A stretch of 64,000 bases of DNA, from IMG/VR virus record IMGVR_UViG_3300031132_000332; one strand, written 5' to 3'. Under the pieces are notes generated by a model. The model did not search any database. It had not been told where the DNA came from and saw nothing but the letters and a program-made list of their open reading frames with translations. Shown here piece after piece: positions 54,599-61,955 of the stretch. Origin of the DNA: a virus. How positions within the stretch are numbered: position 1 is the stretch's first letter; each line of letters starts with the position of its first letter. The position numbers and the translations under genes are program-made.

Positions 54599-55003
54599 TT
54601 ATCCACCTAAAAGCACTTCAAGGCGCTGCATCAATGGAGTTGAGTATAACCACTCATGTGCGTTGCTATCAGCACAGGCAAGCGCCCCAGAGGTGCATTC
54701 TACTCGCTGAACCTCAGTCGGACTTGTGAAGCCAGTGGAAAAGCTAAGAATAGCACTCTCATACCAGTCCAGCATCAAATTCTGGAAATGCTGAGCATCA
54801 GTAAACAGCATGACGAGTACATTGTGCAGGTAGTCTTCGCTCATTTCTTCCAAGTAAAAAGCGTCGCCGCCAATATTCACCCACTTCTCATCCTGTAAGA
54901 AGACACGAGCGTCCAAAGAACCATACTCATGTTCATCCGCAGGATGAGGAAAAGCTGAGCCGTTAAAATCTGCGAACCATTTATCCGCTGCAACAACTGT
55001 CAT
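54599..55003 (-). CDS. Hypothetical protein
   Basis: ATGA-coupled to the upstream minus-strand ORF. Confidence 0.65.
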   Translation of the reverse strand: MTVVAADKWFADFNGSAFPHPADEHEYGSLDARVFLQDEKWVNIGGDAFYLEEMSEDYLHNVLVMLFTDAQHFQNLMLDWYESAILSFSTGFTSPTEVQRVECTSGALACADSNAHEWLYSTPLMQRLEVLLGG

Positions 55004-55497
55004 ACGTTCTTCTCCAAAAAATCAGCAAACTCCTTATTGACAATCCCGCCAAAAATTTCTTCATCTGTCATCAATTCACGCAAAGTTGCAAACTGATGTT
55101 CATCATCACGAGGCGGGAAAAGAACCTGTCGGGTCCAGCTCTGACGGGACTGCACCCAACCACGAGCAGTCTTAGCGAAGACAATAGTGTTGAAGCCGCT
55201 ATCAATGTCCAAAGACCGTTCGTTCATTTTACGGAGGTACGTCCCACCATACCAGGACTTACGGTATGCGATGTACTGGCCCACTAGTTCAGCATCCTGC
55301 TCATCAGGCTGCTGAAAGCCATAAACATTGTATGCATCGTTCGGGTCAGGAACAACCAACGCAGCAATCCAGTACGTCCCCAGACGTACACCAGTCACAA
55401 CAGGTACGCGGTATTTTGCAACCCACGGGTGAGTAAAGTCAACCTCCTGCTGAGCATGTTCAGAAAAACCAGCAGTCAAATCAATTGTATCAGTCAT
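55000..55497 (-). CDS. Hypothetical protein
   Basis: 165 aa, in an operon-like minus-strand run. Confidence 0.65.
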   Translation of the reverse strand: MTDTIDLTAGFSEHAQQEVDFTHPWVAKYRVPVVTGVRLGTYWIAALVVPDPNDAYNVYGFQQPDEQDAELVGQYIAYRKSWYGGTYLRKMNERSLDIDSGFNTIVFAKTARGWVQSRQSWTRQVLFPPRDDEHQFATLRELMTDEEIFGGIVNKEFADFLEKNV

Positions 55498-55509
55498 GGT
55501 TCTTATCTC

Positions 55510-56124
55510 TCAGTCGTTCCACGTGTAAGCATCTTTGAATGCCTTCTCGACATCCTGGGAGACAACAATACCAGAATTCTCCTGCTTCCACAAGTGGAAA
55601 GCTGTGTCAACCCGAGAACCTTCCTGCTTTTTGTTCACAAGTTCCATCGTCATTGTCAGACCATCAGGGGACGTGCGGTAGAATCCAACACGATACAGGA
55701 TTCCATTCTGGTGAGGGAAAGAACCCGACTGGTAGCGCATCAGATTCGCTACATCCCAATTTTCAGCAGCCCAACCCATATCGTTCAGCACCTTGCGAAT
55801 CTGCGGGGAGACTTCACGAATGTAGTTCTCACGGATGTTCGCACACTTCTTATCAATTTCCAGTGCACCCTTGTAACCGACAACAAGACCAGCGATAATA
55901 ACTGCGATACCCAGAATATTTGCGACAATGCTCTCTTCCGCATTGAAAAGACTGGAAAAGAAGCCCAGGATGATACCTGCAGCAAGAACGCCACCAAGTG
56001 CACAGGCAGCAGCAACGCCCTTCTGACTTAGCTCAGACTTCAACTTGTACAGGCGCTTTTCATCCAACTTGAACGGAACTTCAAGTGAAACGTAATCCTC
56101 AACAGAGGTAGTGTCAGCACTCAC
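55510..56124 (-). CDS. Two-TM membrane protein
   Basis: SD GGAGAG before GTG; two hydrophobic helices; TTGCGT-N17-TATGAT at 56197-69. Confidence 0.65.
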   Translation of the reverse strand: MSADTTSVEDYVSLEVPFKLDEKRLYKLKSELSQKGVAAACALGGVLAAGIILGFFSSLFNAEESIVANILGIAVIIAGLVVGYKGALEIDKKCANIRENYIREVSPQIRKVLNDMGWAAENWDVANLMRYQSGSFPHQNGILYRVGFYRTSPDGLTMTMELVNKKQEGSRVDTAFHLWKQENSGIVVSQDVEKAFKDAYTWND

Positions 56125-56365
56125 AGTAATCTCTCCAGACGTTCGTGCTACGAATATGTATGGGTTCTATCATACCATTGCTCCTGATAAAACGCAACAG
56201 GAAAAATATTTACGAAAAAGGAATCCCAAGACGGACCCCAGTGTTGTATCAGATAACCACCCATACCCGATAGTCATTAATCCTGTCCAATAAGAAGCTT
56301 CTGAAAATGCTCCAAATAATCGGACAATGATAGACTTCAATCACATAGTTAGCCAAGAAGGAAAA

Positions 56366-57364
56366 ATGTCAGATCAAACCCCTGAATCACTAGAACCACG
56401 TGAGCAGCAGCACCCTGCTTACGAAGCCATTAACTGGAACAACGTTGACGAGTTCGACAGCGCTGTATGGCAGAAACTTACCAGCAATTTTTGGTTGCCT
56501 GAGAAAGTCTCCGTTTCCAACGACATCAAAACCTGGGAAACTCTTACCCCAGCTGAGAAGCAGCTTGTACTGCACGTTTTCAGTGGTTTGACAATGCTTG
56601 ATACCATTCAGGGACGTTTCGGTGCACTCAGCATCATGCGTGACGCTACTTCCCTGTTTGAAGAGGCAGTGTATACAAATATTGCCTTTATGGAGAACGT
56701 GCACGCGAAGTCATATTCTTCCATCTTCTCCACTCTTTCCAACACTAAGGACATCAATGCTTCCTTCCGTTGGGCACAGGAGAATGAATTCCTCCGCAAG
56801 AAAGAGGAAATCATCATGGGATACTACCGTGACAACGAGCACCCTTATGCTCCTCAGCGTCGTAAGGTCGCATCAACTCTGTTAGAGTCCTTCTTGTTCT
56901 ACTCAGGGTTCTACCTGCCGTTGTTCCTGAACTCTCAGGCAAAGCTTACCAACACTGCTGACCTTATCAAGCTCATTATTCGTGATGAAGCTGTACACGG
57001 TTACTACATTGGTAAGAAGTACCAGGACAGCATTGCTACTCTTTCAGATGAAGTCAAAGATGAGTTGAAAGACTTCACCTACACCCTTCTTCTTGACCTG
57101 TTTGACAACGAAACCCGCTACACTCAGGATTTGTATGATGAGTTTGGTTTGACTGAGGATGTCATTGGCTTCTTGAAGTACAATGCTAATAAGGCACTTG
57201 CTAACTTGGGTTACGAGCCATTGTTCCCAGACCCTGAGGTATCAGCTGCTATTACAGCTCAGTTGAACGCTGGTTCCGACGTTCACGACTTCTTCTCAGG
57301 CGCAGGTTCAACCTACGTTATGTCCACTCGTGAAGAGTTGGATGAGGAAGACTGGGACTTCTAA
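56366..57364 (+). CDS. nrdF: Class Ib ribonucleotide reductase beta subunit
   Basis: NFWLPEKV, LTMLDTIQG, MENVHAKSY, LLESFLFYSGF, RDEAVHGYY, HDFFSGAG, EEDWDF. All six metal ligands and the radical Tyr are present. Confidence 0.97.
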   Translation: MSDQTPESLEPREQQHPAYEAINWNNVDEFDSAVWQKLTSNFWLPEKVSVSNDIKTWETLTPAEKQLVLHVFSGLTMLDTIQGRFGALSIMRDATSLFEEAVYTNIAFMENVHAKSYSSIFSTLSNTKDINASFRWAQENEFLRKKEEIIMGYYRDNEHPYAPQRRKVASTLLESFLFYSGFYLPLFLNSQAKLTNTADLIKLIIRDEAVHGYYIGKKYQDSIATLSDEVKDELKDFTYTLLLDLFDNETRYTQDLYDEFGLTEDVIGFLKYNANKALANLGYEPLFPDPEVSAAITAQLNAGSDVHDFFSGAGSTYVMSTREELDEEDWDF

Positions 57365-57394
57365 TCCAGAGTCGATTATTCTGACTTCTGTAAG

Positions 57395-57434
57395 AATGTG
57401 GAGGGTGCTATCATCAGGTAGCACCCTCCACATT
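57395..57434. terminator. 16-bp hairpin
   Basis: AATGTGGAGGGTGCTA / TAGCACCCTCCACATT. Confidence 0.7.
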
Positions 57435-57445
57435 TGTATGCGGAG

Positions 57446-57474
57446 TTGCAAAAGATTTCTCCTCGTGCTATGCT
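57446..57474 (+). promoter_or_regulatory. sigmaA promoter
   Basis: TTGCAA-N17-TATGCT with extended TG. Confidence 0.6.
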
Positions 57475-57520
57475 GCTCATATAACGTCCTTGTTGGAGAC
57501 TAGAAAGTATCAGAGAAATC

Positions 57521-57955
57521 ATGTTTGATGAGGTTGGCTCGTCCCCTCAGACCCGCTACCAGCCGCGTGCTGGTGTTGTTAACTTCCCGTTGAAGACCAA
57601 CATTTCGAATAGCCAGCGTAACTTTCTGGACCTTGCTGCTCGTATGGCTGAGACTTCCGAAGCTGTTTTCAAGCATGGTGCTGTCATTGTTCGTGGTGGC
57701 CGTGTTCTCTCGTTGGGCGTGAACAAGTGGAAGAACAAGGACCTTCCTCCGACTCCTCCTGAGGTGTACAACCCTGATATCACGGTTCACGCAGAGATTG
57801 ATGCTTTGTCCCGAGTGAAGGACCCCCGAGGTGTGACGATTTATGTTGCTCGTGTTACGCGTCAGGGCGAGGAGCGATTCTCTCGTCCGTGCACTCGCTG
57901 CGAGAAGGTTCTTATCAAGGCTGGCGTGAAGCGCGTTATCTACACGACTGGTTGA
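57521..57955 (+). CDS. Zinc-dependent cytidine/deoxycytidylate deaminase-family protein
   Basis: HGAVIV.GG...GVN, HAEIDAL, SRPCTRC. Confidence 0.85.
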   Translation: MFDEVGSSPQTRYQPRAGVVNFPLKTNISNSQRNFLDLAARMAETSEAVFKHGAVIVRGGRVLSLGVNKWKNKDLPPTPPEVYNPDITVHAEIDALSRVKDPRGVTIYVARVTRQGEERFSRPCTRCEKVLIKAGVKRVIYTTG

Positions 57956-58059
57956 TTTTTACTTTTCTGAGCTTGTCCTCACTTTTGGGGACAAGCTCTC
58001 TCTATTTATCCACTCTCCTTCACCGATAACTCTTATATACATTAAATAGAGGCATATAA

Positions 58060-59553
58060 GTGAAGAGAATCATTGCATCATCCCGAGGTGCTATTGACCT
58101 GGCAAGTATTATGGTTGGTATCATCGTAATTGGTCTTATTAGCGCAACCGTCGCAGCTACTGTTTTCGCCGTCATTCCCTGGACGCAAGATAGCGCAGCA
58201 AAACAGCAGTTAGCGAACATCAGAACAGCAGAGAACGCTTATGCAGGTTTAGCAGCTTCTCCTGACAGCAGCGCATCGTTAGTAAACGCTGCCACTCCTA
58301 TTGTTGTTGTTGCGGAAGGTAGCGCTCCCTCGTATGCTTCTTTGAAAGCCTTAGTGGACAAAGGACTGTTTGGCATTAACCCTGCTTCAAACAGCGCAAT
58401 TATTTCTTCTGATGGAAACTTATGTGTTACTACTGGAACGAACTCGTATCGCGCAGAAATCAAATCTGCATCAGGGAACTATTTTTACAGTACAGATACG
58501 CAAAATCCAACTAAACTTGCTGCTTCACAGTTGAATTGCTTGCCTGCTGAAACTTCTCCAAACATCACTTATGATGCTAATGGTAACTGGACAGAAGGAG
58601 CAACCATAAATGGGGTAAATCAACCTGTACTGTTCTTGGGTGGTTTCACTGTGAAAACTGATTCCACGCAACTTGTTGACTGGTCTATCAAACTGGATCG
58701 GAATGCTGCACCGTACTCTAATCTCACTGATGGTGATGTGAAAGCTATTACAGGTTTACCAGGTTGGGCTACTATTACATCTGATGCAAATACTATTACT
58801 ATCTCCAACAACACAACTACTATGAGGGTAAGTAAAACAGCTCCTGTCACCATTGGTCAGCTGCGTTTCACTTATCAAATCCCAACATGGACTGCTGCTC
58901 AAACAACCGCTGGAACGCCTTATAGCTTCACCACAGCAGGAAGCAATGCTGTTCAAGGAAGTGTTGATGTGAGTTTGAATAACACTGGTGAAACACGTTA
59001 CGGATACTGGTCTGCGGATGTTGACGCTTCTGCTATGAAAACAGCTGTTGGTCAAGCAGGAACTCTTTCTTTGACGACCGCTGCAACAAACGCAGGGTTT
59101 ACGATTACTCCAAAAAGCGGAGACATTTACACTCTTACTTACGCTCCTTCCAATGCCCAGAATTACATGTTGAAAGGCAAAACTGCTGACCATCAGAGTT
59201 TCTCAACTGACGGTATCGCCCACCTGACAAGCATGTTAGTCTACACTGGCAGCGGCGCAGGAGCGGGAACTGTATATACTTCCACAGATGGTTTGACGAA
59301 GGTAACTGTATCTGGTGTCACAAAGACAAGCCCTCCTCAAGTGACTACAACCTTCACTACAAGTAAAGTCGGCGCTTGGTCTGTTGATGTAACTTTGACT
59401 GATTTATTGAACATTGACCGAACGAAGACTCCAAAGGTTGACAACGGTAACTTTACGCTGGTGAAGAAATCAGGAGATGTGTACACTATGTCATTCACAG
59501 GTACATGGAACTCAGGTACAGGTCAAACAACGAACACTATTACTTCCTATTAG
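58060..59553 (+). CDS. Divergent pilin-like adhesin paralog with Thr/Ser-rich beta C-terminus
   Basis: MKRIIASSRGAIDLASIMVGIIVIGLISATVAATVFAVIPWTQDSAAKQQL; Cys pair; ACCGATAA at 58022-29. Confidence 0.8.
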   Translation: MKRIIASSRGAIDLASIMVGIIVIGLISATVAATVFAVIPWTQDSAAKQQLANIRTAENAYAGLAASPDSSASLVNAATPIVVVAEGSAPSYASLKALVDKGLFGINPASNSAIISSDGNLCVTTGTNSYRAEIKSASGNYFYSTDTQNPTKLAASQLNCLPAETSPNITYDANGNWTEGATINGVNQPVLFLGGFTVKTDSTQLVDWSIKLDRNAAPYSNLTDGDVKAITGLPGWATITSDANTITISNNTTTMRVSKTAPVTIGQLRFTYQIPTWTAAQTTAGTPYSFTTAGSNAVQGSVDVSLNNTGETRYGYWSADVDASAMKTAVGQAGTLSLTTAATNAGFTITPKSGDIYTLTYAPSNAQNYMLKGKTADHQSFSTDGIAHLTSMLVYTGSGAGAGTVYTSTDGLTKVTVSGVTKTSPPQVTTTFTTSKVGAWSVDVTLTDLLNIDRTKTPKVDNGNFTLVKKSGDVYTMSFTGTWNSGTGQTTNTITSY

Positions 59554-59585
59554 TAACCATATAGCATGGTTAGTTGAGAATGGAT

Positions 59586-59614
59586 TTGCAACTCTTGACT
59601 AATCATGTTATAGT
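59586..59614 (+). promoter_or_regulatory. sigmaA promoter, probably leaderless transcript
   Basis: TTGCAA-N17-TATAGT, extended TG; ATG at 59622. Confidence 0.65.
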
Positions 59615-59621
59615 GTTCCCT

Positions 59622-60407
59622 ATGACAACTGTGACTGCAAACGACACCCGCCTCCTGGCGGCTATTCGTCGTTCGTTCACAGAGTACCTTATCTCCCCGC
59701 GTTCCACGAAGAAGATTATCTCGTTGCATGGAACCATTGCCGAGATTCTTCACAGTAAGCTCAAAGAAGCCTACCCTGAGAAGAACATTGATGTTATCTC
59801 ACGAGGGTACGGCTCTGATAAGGAGTTTGCTGTTCCTACTCTCACGGGAACGAAGAACTGCGACATTACGGTTCTCCATGATGGAGAGCCTATTGCTGTT
59901 ATCCCTGTGAAATTTGTTTGCTCAAATTACTCGCAGAATGCAAACAACTATATTGACAGCATGATGGGTGAGACAGTCAACATTCGCCTGGGTAACATTC
60001 AGGTCCACCATGTTGTTATTATCCCTGCTTACGTCCCGCATTTTAACTCGCAGGGCACTGTAACGCATGTCGAATACATGAACGACCATAACGTCGACAA
60101 GTATCGTAAGCTGTTTGAGAAGATGCAGGCTGATGCAACCCGTGCCGTGCTACCGAACTCACTGTTCTTCTCACTGGTGGATACAGGGAACAAGGAAACG
60201 CTTCTGACTCATCAGCGGGATAAGACGTTCCAGGCTCGTACTACTGCTGGGTTTGCTGATGTGGTGAAGTTCCAGAGTACGGTTGCTCGTCACGCCGAGA
60301 ACCTTACTGGATTGTTCAGCGAAGAGAATCAGACGTTCTTGCAGCAGGTTAACGACTTTGATGCATTCCTTGACAGTATCGTGGAGAATCTGTTCACTGA
60401 ACAGTGA
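59622..60407 (+). CDS. Putative type II restriction endonuclease (PD-(D/E)XK-like)
   Basis: KNCDITV...IPVKF...NYSQNANNY..M.GET.NIR; convergent with a methyltransferase. The (D/E)xK acid is not canonical. Confidence 0.5.
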   Translation: MTTVTANDTRLLAAIRRSFTEYLISPRSTKKIISLHGTIAEILHSKLKEAYPEKNIDVISRGYGSDKEFAVPTLTGTKNCDITVLHDGEPIAVIPVKFVCSNYSQNANNYIDSMMGETVNIRLGNIQVHHVVIIPAYVPHFNSQGTVTHVEYMNDHNVDKYRKLFEKMQADATRAVLPNSLFFSLVDTGNKETLLTHQRDKTFQARTTAGFADVVKFQSTVARHAENLTGLFSEENQTFLQQVNDFDAFLDSIVENLFTEQ

Positions 60408-61839
60408 ACAATTTGACGTTCTTTGCCCCGAAAGTCTTATAGCCACCGCTCATATCTTTACCTGTCAACTTGACATAACGACAGAAGTCTTCGGATTCAA
60501 TCACTTCTTTGATTTGCTCTAAGCTCAAACCGTCAGCAATAGCGGTGACGAACAAACCTGAGTAAACAACGGTTTCCATTGGTAAGATGAATGCTCTAAT
60601 ATGTGTCTGGTCAGGATGCACAACATGACTGAAAACGAGCTTCTCTTTGAGCATGTTTCCGATTCCCTGGCTGCGTCCATAATGGAACCACAGAGCTGAT
60701 TTATCGCTGTCTCGTGTTTCTAAGTCTTCTTTGTGGGTCAGAAGGTATTTATGAGCCTTCTCATGTTGGCTCAATTCATCTTCGGAGAGTCCACGAACTT
60801 TATCCCCATCAGTAATATACGGGAAGATAATACGTTTCGTGAGTTCTTCACCCTTATAGGTTGAGGCTTTGACCACGGGAAGTGTTATTGCTTGCTCAGC
60901 GTCCACAGGAGCGCCCAGGAAGGCTTTATCTCGCAGTGTGGCAACACCATTCTGGATGTTACTCAAATCGCCTAAGAAACGCTTGTAGCGTTTTCGCTCC
61001 TGCATGAAAAGCTGGTCATCAGGTGACACAAACGATAACGGTTCACCCGCATACTCATCGAAATCATTATAAGAAGTGAAACTGGTCCAAGGTTCTTTGA
61101 TCCCGTTCTCCACGTACCGAACTTCTGTTCTGTCTGATGCGTTATCCAAAATAGTGATAGCAGTGTAGGTAGAAGCTTCTTTCCCAAACACAGGAACTGC
61201 TCCATAGTTGATGATGCTATGGAGCTTCTTACCGTCAATAATTTCTTGCCTGAATGACTTCTGTGAAGCATTTTTTAACCAAGAGTTCGGAGCAATATAC
61301 GCTAAGACTCCCTGAGGGTTCAACCATTTCAAACCCAGCTCAAAGAAGATGATGTATAAATCAGTTGTACCGGTAGACATGGCGAACTGTTTCACATGAG
61401 CTCGTAATGTTTCATCCATGTTATGCACACGGATGTACGGAGGATTCCCAATGACAAAATCATAGGCTCCGTAACCTTCAACTACCAAAGCATCGCTATG
61501 CGTCAGATGCCATTGCACATTCGTAAGACCATAGCTTGTAGCTAATGTATCTAAGTTCTTACGGGTAATTTGCAGGACTTCATCATCATATTCCACTCCA
61601 TGCAGGTTCGTGGCAAGGCGTAATGTAGTCTCTTCATCAGACAAACCTGCTTCACGAGCAGTGACGATGATACGTTTCGCCGCAGCAACAAGGAATACAC
61701 CTTCCCCACAGGAAGGTTCTAAGACCTGAGAATTGAGCACTGTTGCGCCAGAGTAACCGATTTCATCCAGCATAAGTTCAACAACCCACTCAGGGGTGAA
61801 CACTTGCCCTAAATCTTTCTTTTTACCCACGTACAACAA
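60394..61839 (-). CDS. N6-adenine DNA methyltransferase (TaqI/Eco57I-like gamma class)
   Basis: GQVFTP, LEPSCGEGVFL, GVEYD, DAL, IGNPPYIR, DLYIIFFE, YIAPNSW; C-terminal target-recognition domain. Confidence 0.92.
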   Translation of the reverse strand: MLYVGKKKDLGQVFTPEWVVELMLDEIGYSGATVLNSQVLEPSCGEGVFLVAAAKRIIVTAREAGLSDEETTLRLATNLHGVEYDDEVLQITRKNLDTLATSYGLTNVQWHLTHSDALVVEGYGAYDFVIGNPPYIRVHNMDETLRAHVKQFAMSTGTTDLYIIFFELGLKWLNPQGVLAYIAPNSWLKNASQKSFRQEIIDGKKLHSIINYGAVPVFGKEASTYTAITILDNASDRTEVRYVENGIKEPWTSFTSYNDFDEYAGEPLSFVSPDDQLFMQERKRYKRFLGDLSNIQNGVATLRDKAFLGAPVDAEQAITLPVVKASTYKGEELTKRIIFPYITDGDKVRGLSEDELSQHEKAHKYLLTHKEDLETRDSDKSALWFHYGRSQGIGNMLKEKLVFSHVVHPDQTHIRAFILPMETVVYSGLFVTAIADGLSLEQIKEVIESEDFCRYVKLTGKDMSGGYKTFGAKNVKLFTVQ

Positions 61840-61903
61840 CCATCCCTTATCTTCATCTATTCTATCGGAGAACGTAGATAAGTGGAAGAAACTGCGAGTA
61901 TAT

Positions 61904-61943
61904 AAGAAAGAGGGACTGACTTTGTAGTCAGTCCCTCTTTCTT
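61904..61943. terminator. 18-bp hairpin terminator
   Basis: AAGAAAGAGGGACTGACT / AGTCAGTCCCTCTTTCTT. Confidence 0.75.
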
Positions 61944-61955
61944 TTTTATTTTTGT

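Noticed and set aside
56169-56197. Fourth PafBC element (TATCAG) in the minus-strand promoter
   Set aside because: One mismatch and 9-nt rather than 10-nt spacing to the -10; counted as an ordinary sigmaA promoter.
56366-57364. Metal-free class Ie NrdF
   Set aside because: The acidic and His metal ligands are all present, consistent with ordinary class Ib.
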